Positions 1 to 10,045 of a DNA stretch of 64,000 nt are shown here, piece after piece. Each line of letters opens with the position of its first letter. Position 1 is the stretch's first letter. The stretch comes from Octopus bimaculoides (Eukaryota): assembly GCF_001194135.2 (NCBI RefSeq), contig NC_068982.1:145360940-145424939 (forward strand). Direction: 5' to 3'. Both the position numbers and the translations under genes were made by a program. The notes under the pieces are model-generated. The model had not been told where the DNA came from. It did not search any database and saw only the letters and a list, made by a program, of their open reading frames with translations.

Positions 1-276
1 TAGCTATGTGACACACGAAACCTGTGTCCTTTATAACCTTCGAACAGGGGAGGTCAGCAGTGTCCCCCTGCTGGTTTGGCATCTGCAGACTAGTTTCAGG
101 GTGTTGCCCCTTGTCAATGCAGAGCAGCCAAGCCCTAGCCAGGCGGCGCTGCTGACTATCTGCTCGAAGGTTATTTATCTAATTTCAGTGGAATCTATCC
201 ACTGGTTTTCAGAAATAGAGTTATTAATATTTCTATATGTATATATATGTGTGTGTGTGTATTTGTGTGTCTATGA

Positions 277-307
<31 letters not shown>

Positions 308-1030
308 CACACACGCACACACACACATATATATCAGCAACAATGATGTAAAATGAATTTTATAATGTAATCCCATTTTCCTAGATACGCAGTTTATCTC
401 GTTATCTAAGGCGTTATTTCAAAAAGATATATGCTGTTCTGTAAGCTAAAAGGAGTAAGCTAAAAGGAGGAATGATGTCACACCCGAGGAAAAAAGTTGC
501 ACAATATAATACGTCCGCAATATTAAAAATCATATGAAATTTATTCATAGGACCGATGGTATGTTAGTCTCTCATATCAAATTTTCCAGTATTATCGTAG
601 GTTTTGTAGCTGTTCTAAGAAATATAAATTGCCAAACTATTTAACGTCTATTCGTGTCATGTGTTCATTTTTAATTAAAAATCGATGGGGGTTGTGCGAA
701 GTTGTTTATAGCTTAGCAACTGTCAATTGTCAATGCTCCTAATAACCTGGGGCAGATTAATATCAAATACCAATAAAAAGAAACAAAATATAAGAAAAAT
801 GTAAGTAAAACAAAACTAGAAATCAAGGAAGATTTATGTTTGAATGAGTTGATCTCAGCAGAGATTGTTTATTTTATTTACATAGATCGTTGTTCAAACA
901 TTCAGAGTTGACATTGCTAAAATATGATGATAGAACTTACGGAGATGTACTTGCATAGCAAGTGACCTGATCTGGGATCGTGTGATGGAACGAAAACAGT
1001 TGGACCGTGGAAGGTGTTTATAAGTCATTT

Positions 1031-1407
1031 TTGTCTGTTGGCACTCCGTCGCTGACGACTTCGAGGGTTCCAGTTGATCCGATCAACGGAACAACCTGCT
1101 CGTGAAATTAACGTGCAAGTGGCTGAGCACTCCACAGACACGTGTACCCTTAACGTAGTTCTCGGGGATATTCAGCGTGACAAGGCTTACCCTTTGAATT
1201 ACAGGCACAACAGAAACAAGAAGTAATAGTGAGAGAATGTTGTGGTGAAAGAGTACAGCAGGGTTCGCCACCATCCCCTGCCCGAGCCTCGTGGAGCTTT
1301 AGGTGTTTTCGCTCAATAAACACTCACAACGCCCGGTCTGGGAATAGAAACCGCGATCCTATAACCGCGAGTCTGCTGCCCCAACCACTGGGCCATTGCG
1401 CCTCCAC
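1031..1407 (-). mobile_element. Full-length tRNA-derived SINE (377 bp)
   Basis: Reverse complement starts GTGGAGGCGCAATGGCCCAGTGG (A box) and has GGTTTCTATTCC (B-box-like). 12-bp TSD TATAAG(T/C)CATTT at 1019-1030 and 1408-1419. Confidence 0.85.
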
Positions 1408-1465
1408 TATAAGCCATTTAAGAAGCACACAAAACCGTTAAATTCACTTCAACATTTAAATTTAA

Positions 1466-1516
1466 TTTGCCAAAATATTTTCGTCGCTTTGAGACCGCGA
1501 CCTGTTCACTGACAAA
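1466..1516 (-). ncRNA. Candidate minimal type I hammerhead ribozyme with G3:C8 swapped core pair
   Basis: Minus strand reads TTTGTCA-GUGAACA-G-GTCGC-GGTCTCAAA-GCGAC-GAAA-ATAT-T-T-TGGCAAA. Stem I is 7 bp (one G-U), stem II is 5 bp perfect, GAAA is intact, and stem III is palindromic (AAAATATTTT). The core GUGAACA differs from CUGANGA only at positions 3 and 8. Confidence 0.6.
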
Positions 1517-2120
1517 ATTCCGTGCTGCATCTCTAGAACTGCTAGATACGAAACATTTTTTATAATTAAGTATTACCAACTATACCATTCATTTATTGAG
1601 TGACATATTGCTAAAATATGATCATAGAACCGCTAGATACGAAACATTTTTTATAATTAAGCATTACCAAATATACCACTCATTTATTTAGGGACATATA
1701 TGATATTATTGAAGGTAATTTAGCGATAGATAAGGGTGGTGATGTGGTACAGGATAAATGTTACAGAAGATTTCGGTTCTTAATTGTTTTGGTGTCTTTC
1801 TCAAACATTCACCCACCCATGCTCAGGCAGCTTTGTATTAATCAAATAAATAACAACGGCATAACTAAGTAAATTCAGTCGAATGACACTCTTTTCCCCC
1901 AAAAGTTGATTTATTATTGAGGCACAAGAAAGAAAATTAAATACACATATGAATAATACTGCAAATATGGTATAATAATCATACTGGTTGGGATCTGAAC
2001 ACAGAAAATAGGAAAACGGAAATATGTTATACATTGCGACGATTTTCAAGAAATAAAATTAATTCACCATTTTGTCAATTTCTCACTTCACTCTTAGAAA
2101 TTCGGCGCATGGAAAATACA

Positions 2121-2270
2121 TACGTACTGCATACATACATACATTCATGCAAACAAACATACATACATACATACATACATGCATGCATGCATACATCCAC
2201 GCATACATACATGCATACATGCATGCATACACGCATACATGCATACATACAAACACACATACGTATCATT
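2121..2270. repeat. (CATA)n/(CATG)n compound microsatellite
   Basis: Direct reading. Confidence 0.9.
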
Positions 2271-2892
2271 TAAGTATATATGGGCATATATAGATGTGCA
2301 AGTATATGCACGAGAAGACATACATAAAATAAAACATGCAAATCTGCACATATACATTCAAAAATGCCTTGTTGTTCTAGGTTAGAAACCGACCCTTTCT
2401 CTATTGGCAAGAAATCTTGAAATAAAAATGAATAATGAAATACATACATTCATGTATATTTATATATATATAAGTGTGTGCGTATGTATTTGTGTGTGTG
2501 TATGTGTGTGCGTGCGTTATATATATATATATATATGGGGGGGGGGGAGTGCGTATGTGTATGGAAAGTCCTGGTGCGTGAAATGCTGCAAATCATTTTC
2601 TCGGGATACCAGTTCCCAATACGAACGTTCAGAATCTCGTGTATTACGCAATATATAAGGATTTATTCTTATAGCTGCTTTCACTACATGGTGTTACGCT
2701 TGTAGTTAGAAATTTGAACACAGCGAAAGTCAGTGAACTTTCCAAGTGGTTGCTGGCACGAAGGACATGCTAGATCTGCTTGCTTCAACAATTTCGATGA
2801 AAGATTGCAGATCTCTGAGTCCAGAATCTTGGATGTAAACATAACAGCAGCTAAATGAAATGACAATAGACTCTCTCTCGCTAACTCACATA

Positions 2893-2961
<69 letters not shown>

Positions 2962-3344
2962 CTTTGTCTCTCACACACTTATCTCTCTCTCTCTCACACA
3001 CATCTCTCTCTCAAACTTATCCCTCGCACACACATCTCGCTTAATACTTAATTGTGTTGTTTTGCGTGTGTGTGTGTGTGTGTGTTTGTGTGCAGGTCTG
3101 TGTGTGTATAATGCAGCAACATATCTATCCTATAAATATCATAAAATATAATACGCATTCATACAACACGGGTCTTGTGTGAGGAAAACGAGAAACAGTA
3201 AAGAAATTCATATCGTATCTGGAAGGATTCGGTATGTGAGACGATGAAACATGAGACTGTAAATCTACACAAAAGGCGCATATACAGAAAGGCACTGTCT
3301 CCGGCATGGTTGTGTATGTTATTTTAGCATTCTTTTAATATGTA

Positions 3345-3498
3345 TATCTAATATGAGCTCAGCTGCTGTCGGGGCTGATTTAGCCTTTCATTCTCTCGGG
3401 GTCGATAAAATAAGCACCAGTTGAGAGCACGGGTTAATATAATTGCCTTACCCCTACCCCGAAAATTGCTGGCCTTATGCCAAAAATTGAAACAACTA
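3345..3498 (+). mobile_element. 5'-truncated SINE (family with GGCGGCGAGCTGGCAG head)
   Basis: Contains cctttcattctctcggggtcgataaaataagcaccagttgag...ggccttatgccaaaaattgaaac, matching copies at 12.9, 23.3, 27.0, 37.8 and 41.2 kb. Confidence 0.7.
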
Positions 3499-3504
3499 CA
3501 TATG

Positions 3505-3540
<36 letters not shown>

Positions 3541-3900
3541 NNNNNNNNNNNNNNNNNNNNNNNNNNNNNNNNNNNNNNNNNNNNNNNNNNNNNNNNNNNN
3601 NNNNNNNNNNNNNNNNNNNNNNNNNNNNNNNNNNNNNNNNNNNNNNNNNNNNNNNNNNNNNNNNNNNNNNNNNNNNNNNNNNNNNNNNNNNNNNNNNNNN
3701 NNNNNNNNNNNNNNNNNNNNNNNNNNNNNNNNNNNNNNNNNNNNNNNNNNNNNNNNNNNNNNNNNNNNNNNNNNNNNNNNNNNNNNNNNNNNNNNNNNNN
3801 NNNNNNNNNNNNNNNNNNNNNNNNNNNNNNNNNNNNNNNNNNNNNNNNNNNNNNNNNNNNNNNNNNNNNNNNNNNNNNNNNNNNNNNNNNNNNNNNNNNN
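3541..3900. other. Assembly gap (one of about a dozen, mostly flanked by (TA)n or other microsatellites)
   Basis: Run of N. Others at ~9.65-10.0, 18.6, 24.6-24.95, 26.5-26.6, 30.8-30.9, 36.05-36.18, 43.9, 46.9, 48.5, 49.5 and 53.5 kb. Confidence 0.99.
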
Positions 3901-3932
<32 letters not shown>

Positions 3933-4941
3933 ATATATATGTACATATACATGCATATATATTAGTGAGTGCGTGTCTGCAGTTATATGTATGTGCATGT
4001 GTGTGTGTGTGTGCGTGCGTGTGCATGTATTTCATGAGATAGAGCCAAATATTTATTTCATTAAACTACGTATGTCGGAAGTCTAAGCTGGTACGGGTGA
4101 GACTGCCAATTACGTTCTTTTAAAATATTGGCCACGATCTGACAATAATTAATTGAAACTTTTCAGACACATAGCATTACGTATCAGTATTTATTTACAG
4201 TATGAATCCTCACTGATAAACAAATCGATCGTGTTGTTTTAACATATTCTATCATAAAAAGAAAAAAACATATCCCGTTAGTATGATTAATTACTTAAAT
4301 GTGATGAAATTGTTAAAACCGTGAACCAGAACGTATTGTTATATCATGCACCACTCGTTTGCATATCTATACTGATTGATTTCTTATCCGTAGACATATT
4401 ATGCGTTCATATTTTTCGATGGTGGTGGAGTTCGATTTGTTGATTACATGGACTTCAATATTCTAATTGTTGTGTATTGAAACCTGAATAACCTGAATCA
4501 AAGGCGACAAACCTCTAGTGAAACATGTCCGTGATTCTAGATTTGATTCTATGAGTGAGAGAATATTACTTATATCATTAATGTCCCACCGTTTGATTAT
4601 AAGCTTTTTCCATAAACAAATATGAACATTTTTGCAGTCATATCGGAAGAACTTTTGACAAAATGAAACCACAGAGCATTGAACTATCGGGCAACATGCA
4701 ATACGACAAATACTCACATGCTTAAATATTACACATACCATATCTTATGATTTGTCCTATGTAAAGCGATGACTGATTTAAGTGGAGGTTCTATTCGTGT
4801 CAATCAGTAGACAATATTACAGGGATTTATTTTATTTATCATAAATCGGTGCAGGGACGGGTGTGTGTTTACTATGTTTAGCAAACTCGTGATTTCCAAT
4901 GCAAACCATTGTCAGGTCCCTTGTAAGGTCTTGTTGATACT

Positions 4942-5877
4942 AAGACCCCCTTCCATGGGATTGCACCTAGAAAGTTCCCCTCCAAGGCACAAGTGCGGGC
5001 CGCGAAGTTTTTTTACGATAAGAGTTCCGGACCCCAGTTATAAATCATTTGCATACAGCCAATCAGAGCTCAACTATCAAACTAGTTTATGAGTGCACAA
5101 CTAGTAATAGGTGATAAGATAAGGTCACTTGGATAAGGAACGACCGTGCTTCTTTTCTCATTTAATAATACTTGTTGTTTTTGTTCTTGTTTCAACCATG
5201 GCTGCCACTGCGTAATTATTTGTGCTGTTGTTTACTTTGTACAACACTAAGGGGAGAGGGTTGCTCGCACATCACCCTCTACCTACACTTTTCCCATCCA
5301 CATCTTTACGATATGGGGCCCTTACAAAATCCGATTATAGGTATAGATGCAAATCTATCTAATTACTTGTCTCCTTCTAAAATCAGGCATGACTTAGCGA
5401 TCGGTCGACTTACATCACCGTTCTTCGTCTTGAGTTTACTTGGTAGATTGTATTTTACCAATAGATTGGTTATTTTTAACTCATTCACAAGTGTTATGTT
5501 TAGCTGTGCGTCTAGGAATAATCTGCGAGCTGAACGGATCTGATCTTTCGTTATCTGCATCGCTAACTCTGCGTAATTGTTTGTGTACATCAAGGTGAAG
5601 GTGAGCTCTGATTGGCTGTATGCAACTGCATTCATTACTGGGACCCGAAACTCTCGTTGGAAAAAGAAATCGCCTCCCTTCTCCACGCCACCAATGTTAT
5701 CCAAGGGAAAGACCGATACAGCTTTGCACATCACAACTCATTACTACAGCTGAGTGAACTAGAGTAGCGTGAAATAAAGTGTCTTGTTCAAGAGTACGAT
5801 AAACAGCCCGGTCCGGGAACCAAACTCACTATCCGATGATTGTGAGCCCGACGCTCTAACCACTGAGCCATGCGCTT
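4942..5877 (-). mobile_element. tRNA-derived SINE interrupted by a MITE
   Basis: Head on the minus strand at 5877: GCGCATGGCTCAGTGGTTAGAGCGTCGGGCTCACAATC...GTTTGGTTCCCGGACC (A and B boxes). A putative 3' part lies at 4942-5000 (assigned from my recollection of the family). Confidence 0.7.
5002..5673. mobile_element. MITE / non-autonomous DNA transposon with long imperfect TIRs
   Basis: Perfect 24-bp inverted repeat TTGCATACAGCCAATCAGAGCTCA (5049-5072) and its reverse complement (5602-5625), within ~80-bp imperfect arms. No TSD recognised. Confidence 0.7.
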
Positions 5878-7052
5878 ACACTAACAGTGCTATAATTTCT
5901 GGATTAATATAGATAGGTGTCTTGCAGAATAATCTCAGTGGGCTGACACGCATTAAGTTGAATGTGGTTGACAGAAACAGTAGACAGACGTGCGTGCGCG
6001 CGTGTGTGTATGTGTGTGTGCTCGCGCACATGTGTGTATTTATGTGTGCGTGTATTTATTTGCGCGTCTTTGCGTGCGTGTGTGAATATATGGACATGTA
6101 TGTATTTATATATATATAAATATGCACACGTACACATATAGATTTATCTATGTACGTACGTATCATTTTCATATTTAAGTCGCTTTGCTGGGGCACTATA
6201 CGTAATACGCGCGCGCGCCTGTCTATGTGCCAGTATATTCCAATGTTGGTCACCGAAAAATGTAAATACTAGCGCAAAATAAGTAAAGCAACAGAAAGAG
6301 TCATGTTTGAACGAAGCCCGTTTTGATGTTTGCTCATCCCTTGACAAACACTCGATGTCCGGAGACGCAATGTTGAGTTGGTTCATCAGAAATCTGTAAT
6401 CTACGACATAATTGTTCACCATTTAAGACATTTAATACCTAAATAATAAGTACATATAGTGATTAGTGACCCAAACAGTCATAGGAGATTTTAAACTCAC
6501 ATTCTCCAGAGGCTATTAACAACAAATATGAAACCAAATCCGACAGAGTGTATCTCGGCTCTGATATACAGTTTCTGCCTCCAAAAACCGTTGTCACTTT
6601 CAAATAACCATGTTTAAAAATAACCCAAGAAGTCTTGCCTTTTAGCATAATTCTTGATATCCACATCTTCAGGATTTCTCAAAATTCTCTTTAATTTTCA
6701 TAAGTGCTCCGGAATTTTTCGTTAATTCTTTATAATTTATTTATAAATCGCTAGCATATAGAAAACCAAAATCTAAACGAATGAAGGCGAGTACAGTAAC
6801 ACATTTAGTGCATCAGTCAACTAATATAACGTATTATTAATGCTCGTTAGGCTATATAGAAATTGAATAATGTTGTGAAAAAGAGAGAAGAAAAATATTT
6901 ACTTTTAATCGATATTGTAGATCGACCATGTTGTAAATGAAACGGTAATGTTAAGAGATACAATAAATATTCATGGCATCCTATTATGTGTTTCCTATCT
7001 ACCTGACTTGTCATTATCTATGTATTTATTTGTTTGAGCGTAGTAGCTCATA

Positions 7053-7053
<1 letters not shown>

Positions 7054-7120
<67 letters not shown>

Positions 7121-7147
7121 TTTAGTCTCTCTCTCTCTCTCTCTCTG

Positions 7148-7182
<35 letters not shown>
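7054..7182. repeat. (TATC)n-(CT)n-(CA)n compound microsatellite
   Basis: Direct reading. Confidence 0.95.
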
Positions 7183-7185
<3 letters not shown>

Positions 7186-7382
7186 CTGATTGACCTACAT
7201 AATATATACTTATATAATATCTACATCAGTCGATGCATTCAATTATTTATAGTTTAAGAGAAATCCTCTAGTACACACTACTTAACTTGAGGATGTTCCA
7301 CTGCAGAAATATATAAATATACAAGAAAACAATACTAGCGGAAATAAATGATATGAAAATATATCCTTAATTACAAATAACA

Positions 7383-7632
7383 TTGGGTTGATGCATAACT
7401 ATTGCGGCTTTCTTTCAACACATTTTATTCAACAAAAACAATAATAATATTTAACAAAAACATCTTTAAATGACGGTCTGACCGTCTGCCAAGCAAATGG
7501 GAAGCAGAAATTGAAGTTGATGGTTAATATGCTCCAGAATAATCATTTAAAGATGTTTTTGTTACATGTTATTATTGTTTTTGTTGAATAAAATTTGTTG
7601 AAAAAACCCCGCAATAATTATGCACCAAATTT
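7383..7632. mobile_element. Mariner-type MITE
   Basis: ~90-bp inverted arms (7383-7471 and 7543-7632). The terminus TTGGGTTGATGCATAACTATTGCGG resembles the Hsmar1/MADE1 TIR TTAGGTTGGTGCAAAAGTAATTGCGG. Confidence 0.75.
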
Positions 7633-7681
7633 TACAAGACACCTATCTATATAATCCAGAAATTACTGCACTGTTAGTGTA

Positions 7682-7816
7682 GGCGCATGGCTGAGTGGTT
7701 AGAGCGTCGGGCTCACAATCAGCGGGTAGTGAGTTCGGTTCCCGGACCGGGCTGTTTGTCGTACTTGGAATCTTGGGATTAGCAGCAAGCGCTCTTAACC
7801 ACTACGCCATATGCCC
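7682..7816. mobile_element. Two convergent SINE 5' heads (7682-7765 plus; 7766-7816 minus)
   Basis: GGCGCATGGCTGAGTGGTTAGAGCG on plus; GGGCATATGGCGTAGTGGTTAAGAGCG on minus. Both have tRNA A-box motifs and both are truncated. Confidence 0.7.
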
Positions 7817-8043
7817 TTGGGCAATTATGGGGTGAATTTTAGGGTTTATAAACCTAATATTTTCTATCCTTCCTTAATGCCGGTTCCCATATGCTGCTCA
7901 TATCTGCACTCGGTTTGGTTAGGAGGTTGTTGTGTCCTAGCATATTTTCTGCTTCTTTTAGTTTTCGTATTTTCCAGTGGTGTTCTCTGTCTATTATTTT
8001 AACTTCATCCCACAGGGGGAACACCTGCTTGTAAGCTATATGC

Positions 8044-8088
<45 letters not shown>

Positions 8089-8502
8089 GTAATACAAGAG
8101 TGTAACTCTGTCCATAAAATAACACGGAATGGGTCAATATATTGCGCGCAAATATCAAAGTTCAACGCGGGAGAGAAGTCAGTTTAGTTTATCATCCTCC
8201 TAGTCCGGCCACTACATATTCAAATTGGGAAGACAATCAAAAATATATACGTATATATTTTTTATTATAATCCCAAAGTTAGGCGATCACAACCTTGGGG
8301 TTATACGACTTTGGAATGTTAATGTATTGCGATTGACCAACCTTAGGATTATAATGAAAAATATATTTGTATATATTTCCCAATTCGAATATGTATGGGC
8401 CGGACTAGGAGGATGATAAACTAATGTGTCTTCTCTCCTCCTTGAACTTTCACACACACACACTTATATACCTGTCTGTGTGCGTGTGTGTATGTATGTG
8501 TG

Positions 8503-8547
<45 letters not shown>

Positions 8548-8587
8548 ATGTATGTATGTATGTATATATATCGCAGCCTTGGTTTCT

Positions 8588-9060
8588 GTTTAGGGATCAT
8601 GCTATCCTTCATTCTAATATGGTGTCCAGTTCATCACGTAACCGGTGCTTGTGCACCATCGTCTCAATACTCAAGATATCAGCTATCCTCAAGATCTGTG
8701 TGTATGGAGTTTTTAATGTCCAGCCAACATTCAGAATGTTCTTCAGACATCTTTGATGGAAGCGTACAAGGACCTTTACATGACATTTGTAAAGGGTCTA
8801 TGTCTCACATGAGTAAAAGAGCGACGTCAGTACACGTTCACTTTTTGTTTGCCTTGTGATGCCATGCTGGGGCCAGACACGAGACTCAAGAGACCGGAGT
8901 AATCAGTTGCTCACTGCAGCCAGAAATATATTTTATGCCCCAGGGAGCAAGAAGGGCTGAGCGTGCTGCGCAGGTAGTCAAATTTGTCTACCACTTTCAG
9001 TATTGTTCCTTCAACCAAAGTAGCTGATTCTACATATGGATTTCCTGGCACCAAGTCCTC
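8588..9060 (-). mobile_element. RTE-BovB-like LINE, RT C-terminal region (inverted segment)
   Basis: Minus-strand translation with frameshifts/stops: LKVVDKFDYLRSTLS...SLFYSCET*TLYKCHVKVLVRFHQRCLKNILNVGW...HKHRLR..GHHIRMKDSMIPKQ, typical of the RTE post-RT domain. Confidence 0.85.
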
Positions 9061-9074
9061 ATTAAAGGCCCGGT

Positions 9075-9376
9075 TGTCATCGTCACAGATGGAGGAAGCA
9101 GGTTAAAGAGGGGGTTGACACCATTGAAAGAGCACGCCTTCTTCATGAAGAATTTAAGCGTGCTGCTGGAAAGTGCACTGCTAGTGTAGTGAATGGGGAA
9201 AGCTTGGTTTGCACAATCTGGATTCGCGTATGCTTGTCAAGAGCAGGGCTCATTAGCCATCAACGGATCCGAAAATGCAAAATATAAGGTAGTCCTAGAG
9301 CACTCGAAGTTCTTAAAGTTCAGCAATGGTCTTCCTCGGTCACGAGAGGATGGTCATGATGATGATTATGATGATA
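9075..9376 (+). mobile_element. RTE-BovB-like LINE 3' end with zinc-finger-like tail and (GAT)n tail
   Basis: Plus frame from 9081: RHRWRKQVKEGVDTIERARLLHEEFKRAA...VCTIWIRVCLSRAGLISHQRI*, then a short 3' UTR ending in ATG/GAT repeats. Confidence 0.75.
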
Positions 9377-9395
9377 ATATTGATCATCACCATCG

Positions 9396-9430
<35 letters not shown>

Positions 9431-10002
9431 TTCATCATTACCATCAGCATCACACACACACACACACATACACACACACACATATATATTTAAATATAGA
9501 ATGGGACAAGAACGCAAAACATCAAGACAGTTAGGTGTTTCGAGAAAGGGACAAAACATTCAGATAGACGATACAAAGAAAACACGGACACGTAATTCGG
9601 AGTTTTCTCTCTTCAGTCGAGATCCAGATTATCTTTGCAATTTCGATNNNNNNNNNNNNNNNNNNNNNNNNNNNNNNNNNNNNNNNNNNNNNNNNNNNNN
9701 NNNNNNNNNNNNNNNNNNNNNNNNNNNNNNNNNNNNNNNNNNNNNNNNNNNNNNNNNNNNNNNNNNNNNNNNNNNNNNNNNNNNNNNNNNNNNNNNNNNN
9801 NNNNNNNNNNNNNNNNNNNNNNNNNNNNNNNNNNNNNNNNNNNNNNNNNNNNNNNNNNNNNNNNNNNNNNNNNNNNNNNNNNNNNNNNNNNNNNNNNNNN
9901 NNNNNNNNNNNNNNNNNNNNNNNNNNNNNNNNNNNNNNNNNNNNNNNNNNNNNNNNNNNNNNNNNNNNNNNNNNNNNNNNNNNNNNNNNNNNNNNNNNNN
10001 NN

Positions 10003-10045
<43 letters not shown>

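Larger units (their letters stand above)
938..1533 (-). mobile_element. ~207-bp non-coding insertion (938-1030 plus 1420-1533) carrying the hammerhead-like motif, interrupted by a SINE; retrozyme/PLE-derived-like
   Basis: Flanked by a 7-bp direct repeat TAGAACT (931-937, 1534-1540). The adjacent tandem copy of the host sequence (1602-1692) has a single TAGAACC, i.e. the empty site. Confidence 0.65.
910..1697. repeat. Two tandem copies of a ~91-bp AT-rich unit, the first split by the 938-1533 insertion
   Basis: 910-937 plus 1541-1601 aligns with 1602-1692 (gaca(ta)ttgctaaaatatgat..tagaac.gctagatacgaaacattttttataattaag..). Confidence 0.8.

Noticed and set aside
1-165. GC-richer block at the window start and the 112-aa ORF
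   Set aside because: Probably a repeat fragment cut by the window edge; no diagnostic motif, and the ORF runs into a microsatellite.
3348-4086. Long ORFs spanning X runs (also at 9.5-10.1, 24.3-25.1, 26.5-26.9 and 30.4-31.1 kb)
   Set aside because: Open only because of N gaps and (TA)n/(CA)n tracts.
6500-6640. Minus-strand peptide WLFESDNGFWRQ resembling a WWE-domain start, ending at a GTGAGT donor
   Set aside because: An in-frame stop lies immediately upstream, there is no suitable acceptor, and the similarity is limited to a few residues.
7682-7760. tRNA-like sequences (also 1330-1407, 5800-5877, 29810-29882, 34765-34825)
   Set aside because: A and B boxes are present but there is no intact cloverleaf or acceptor stem, and they continue into SINE bodies; these are SINE heads, not tRNA genes.
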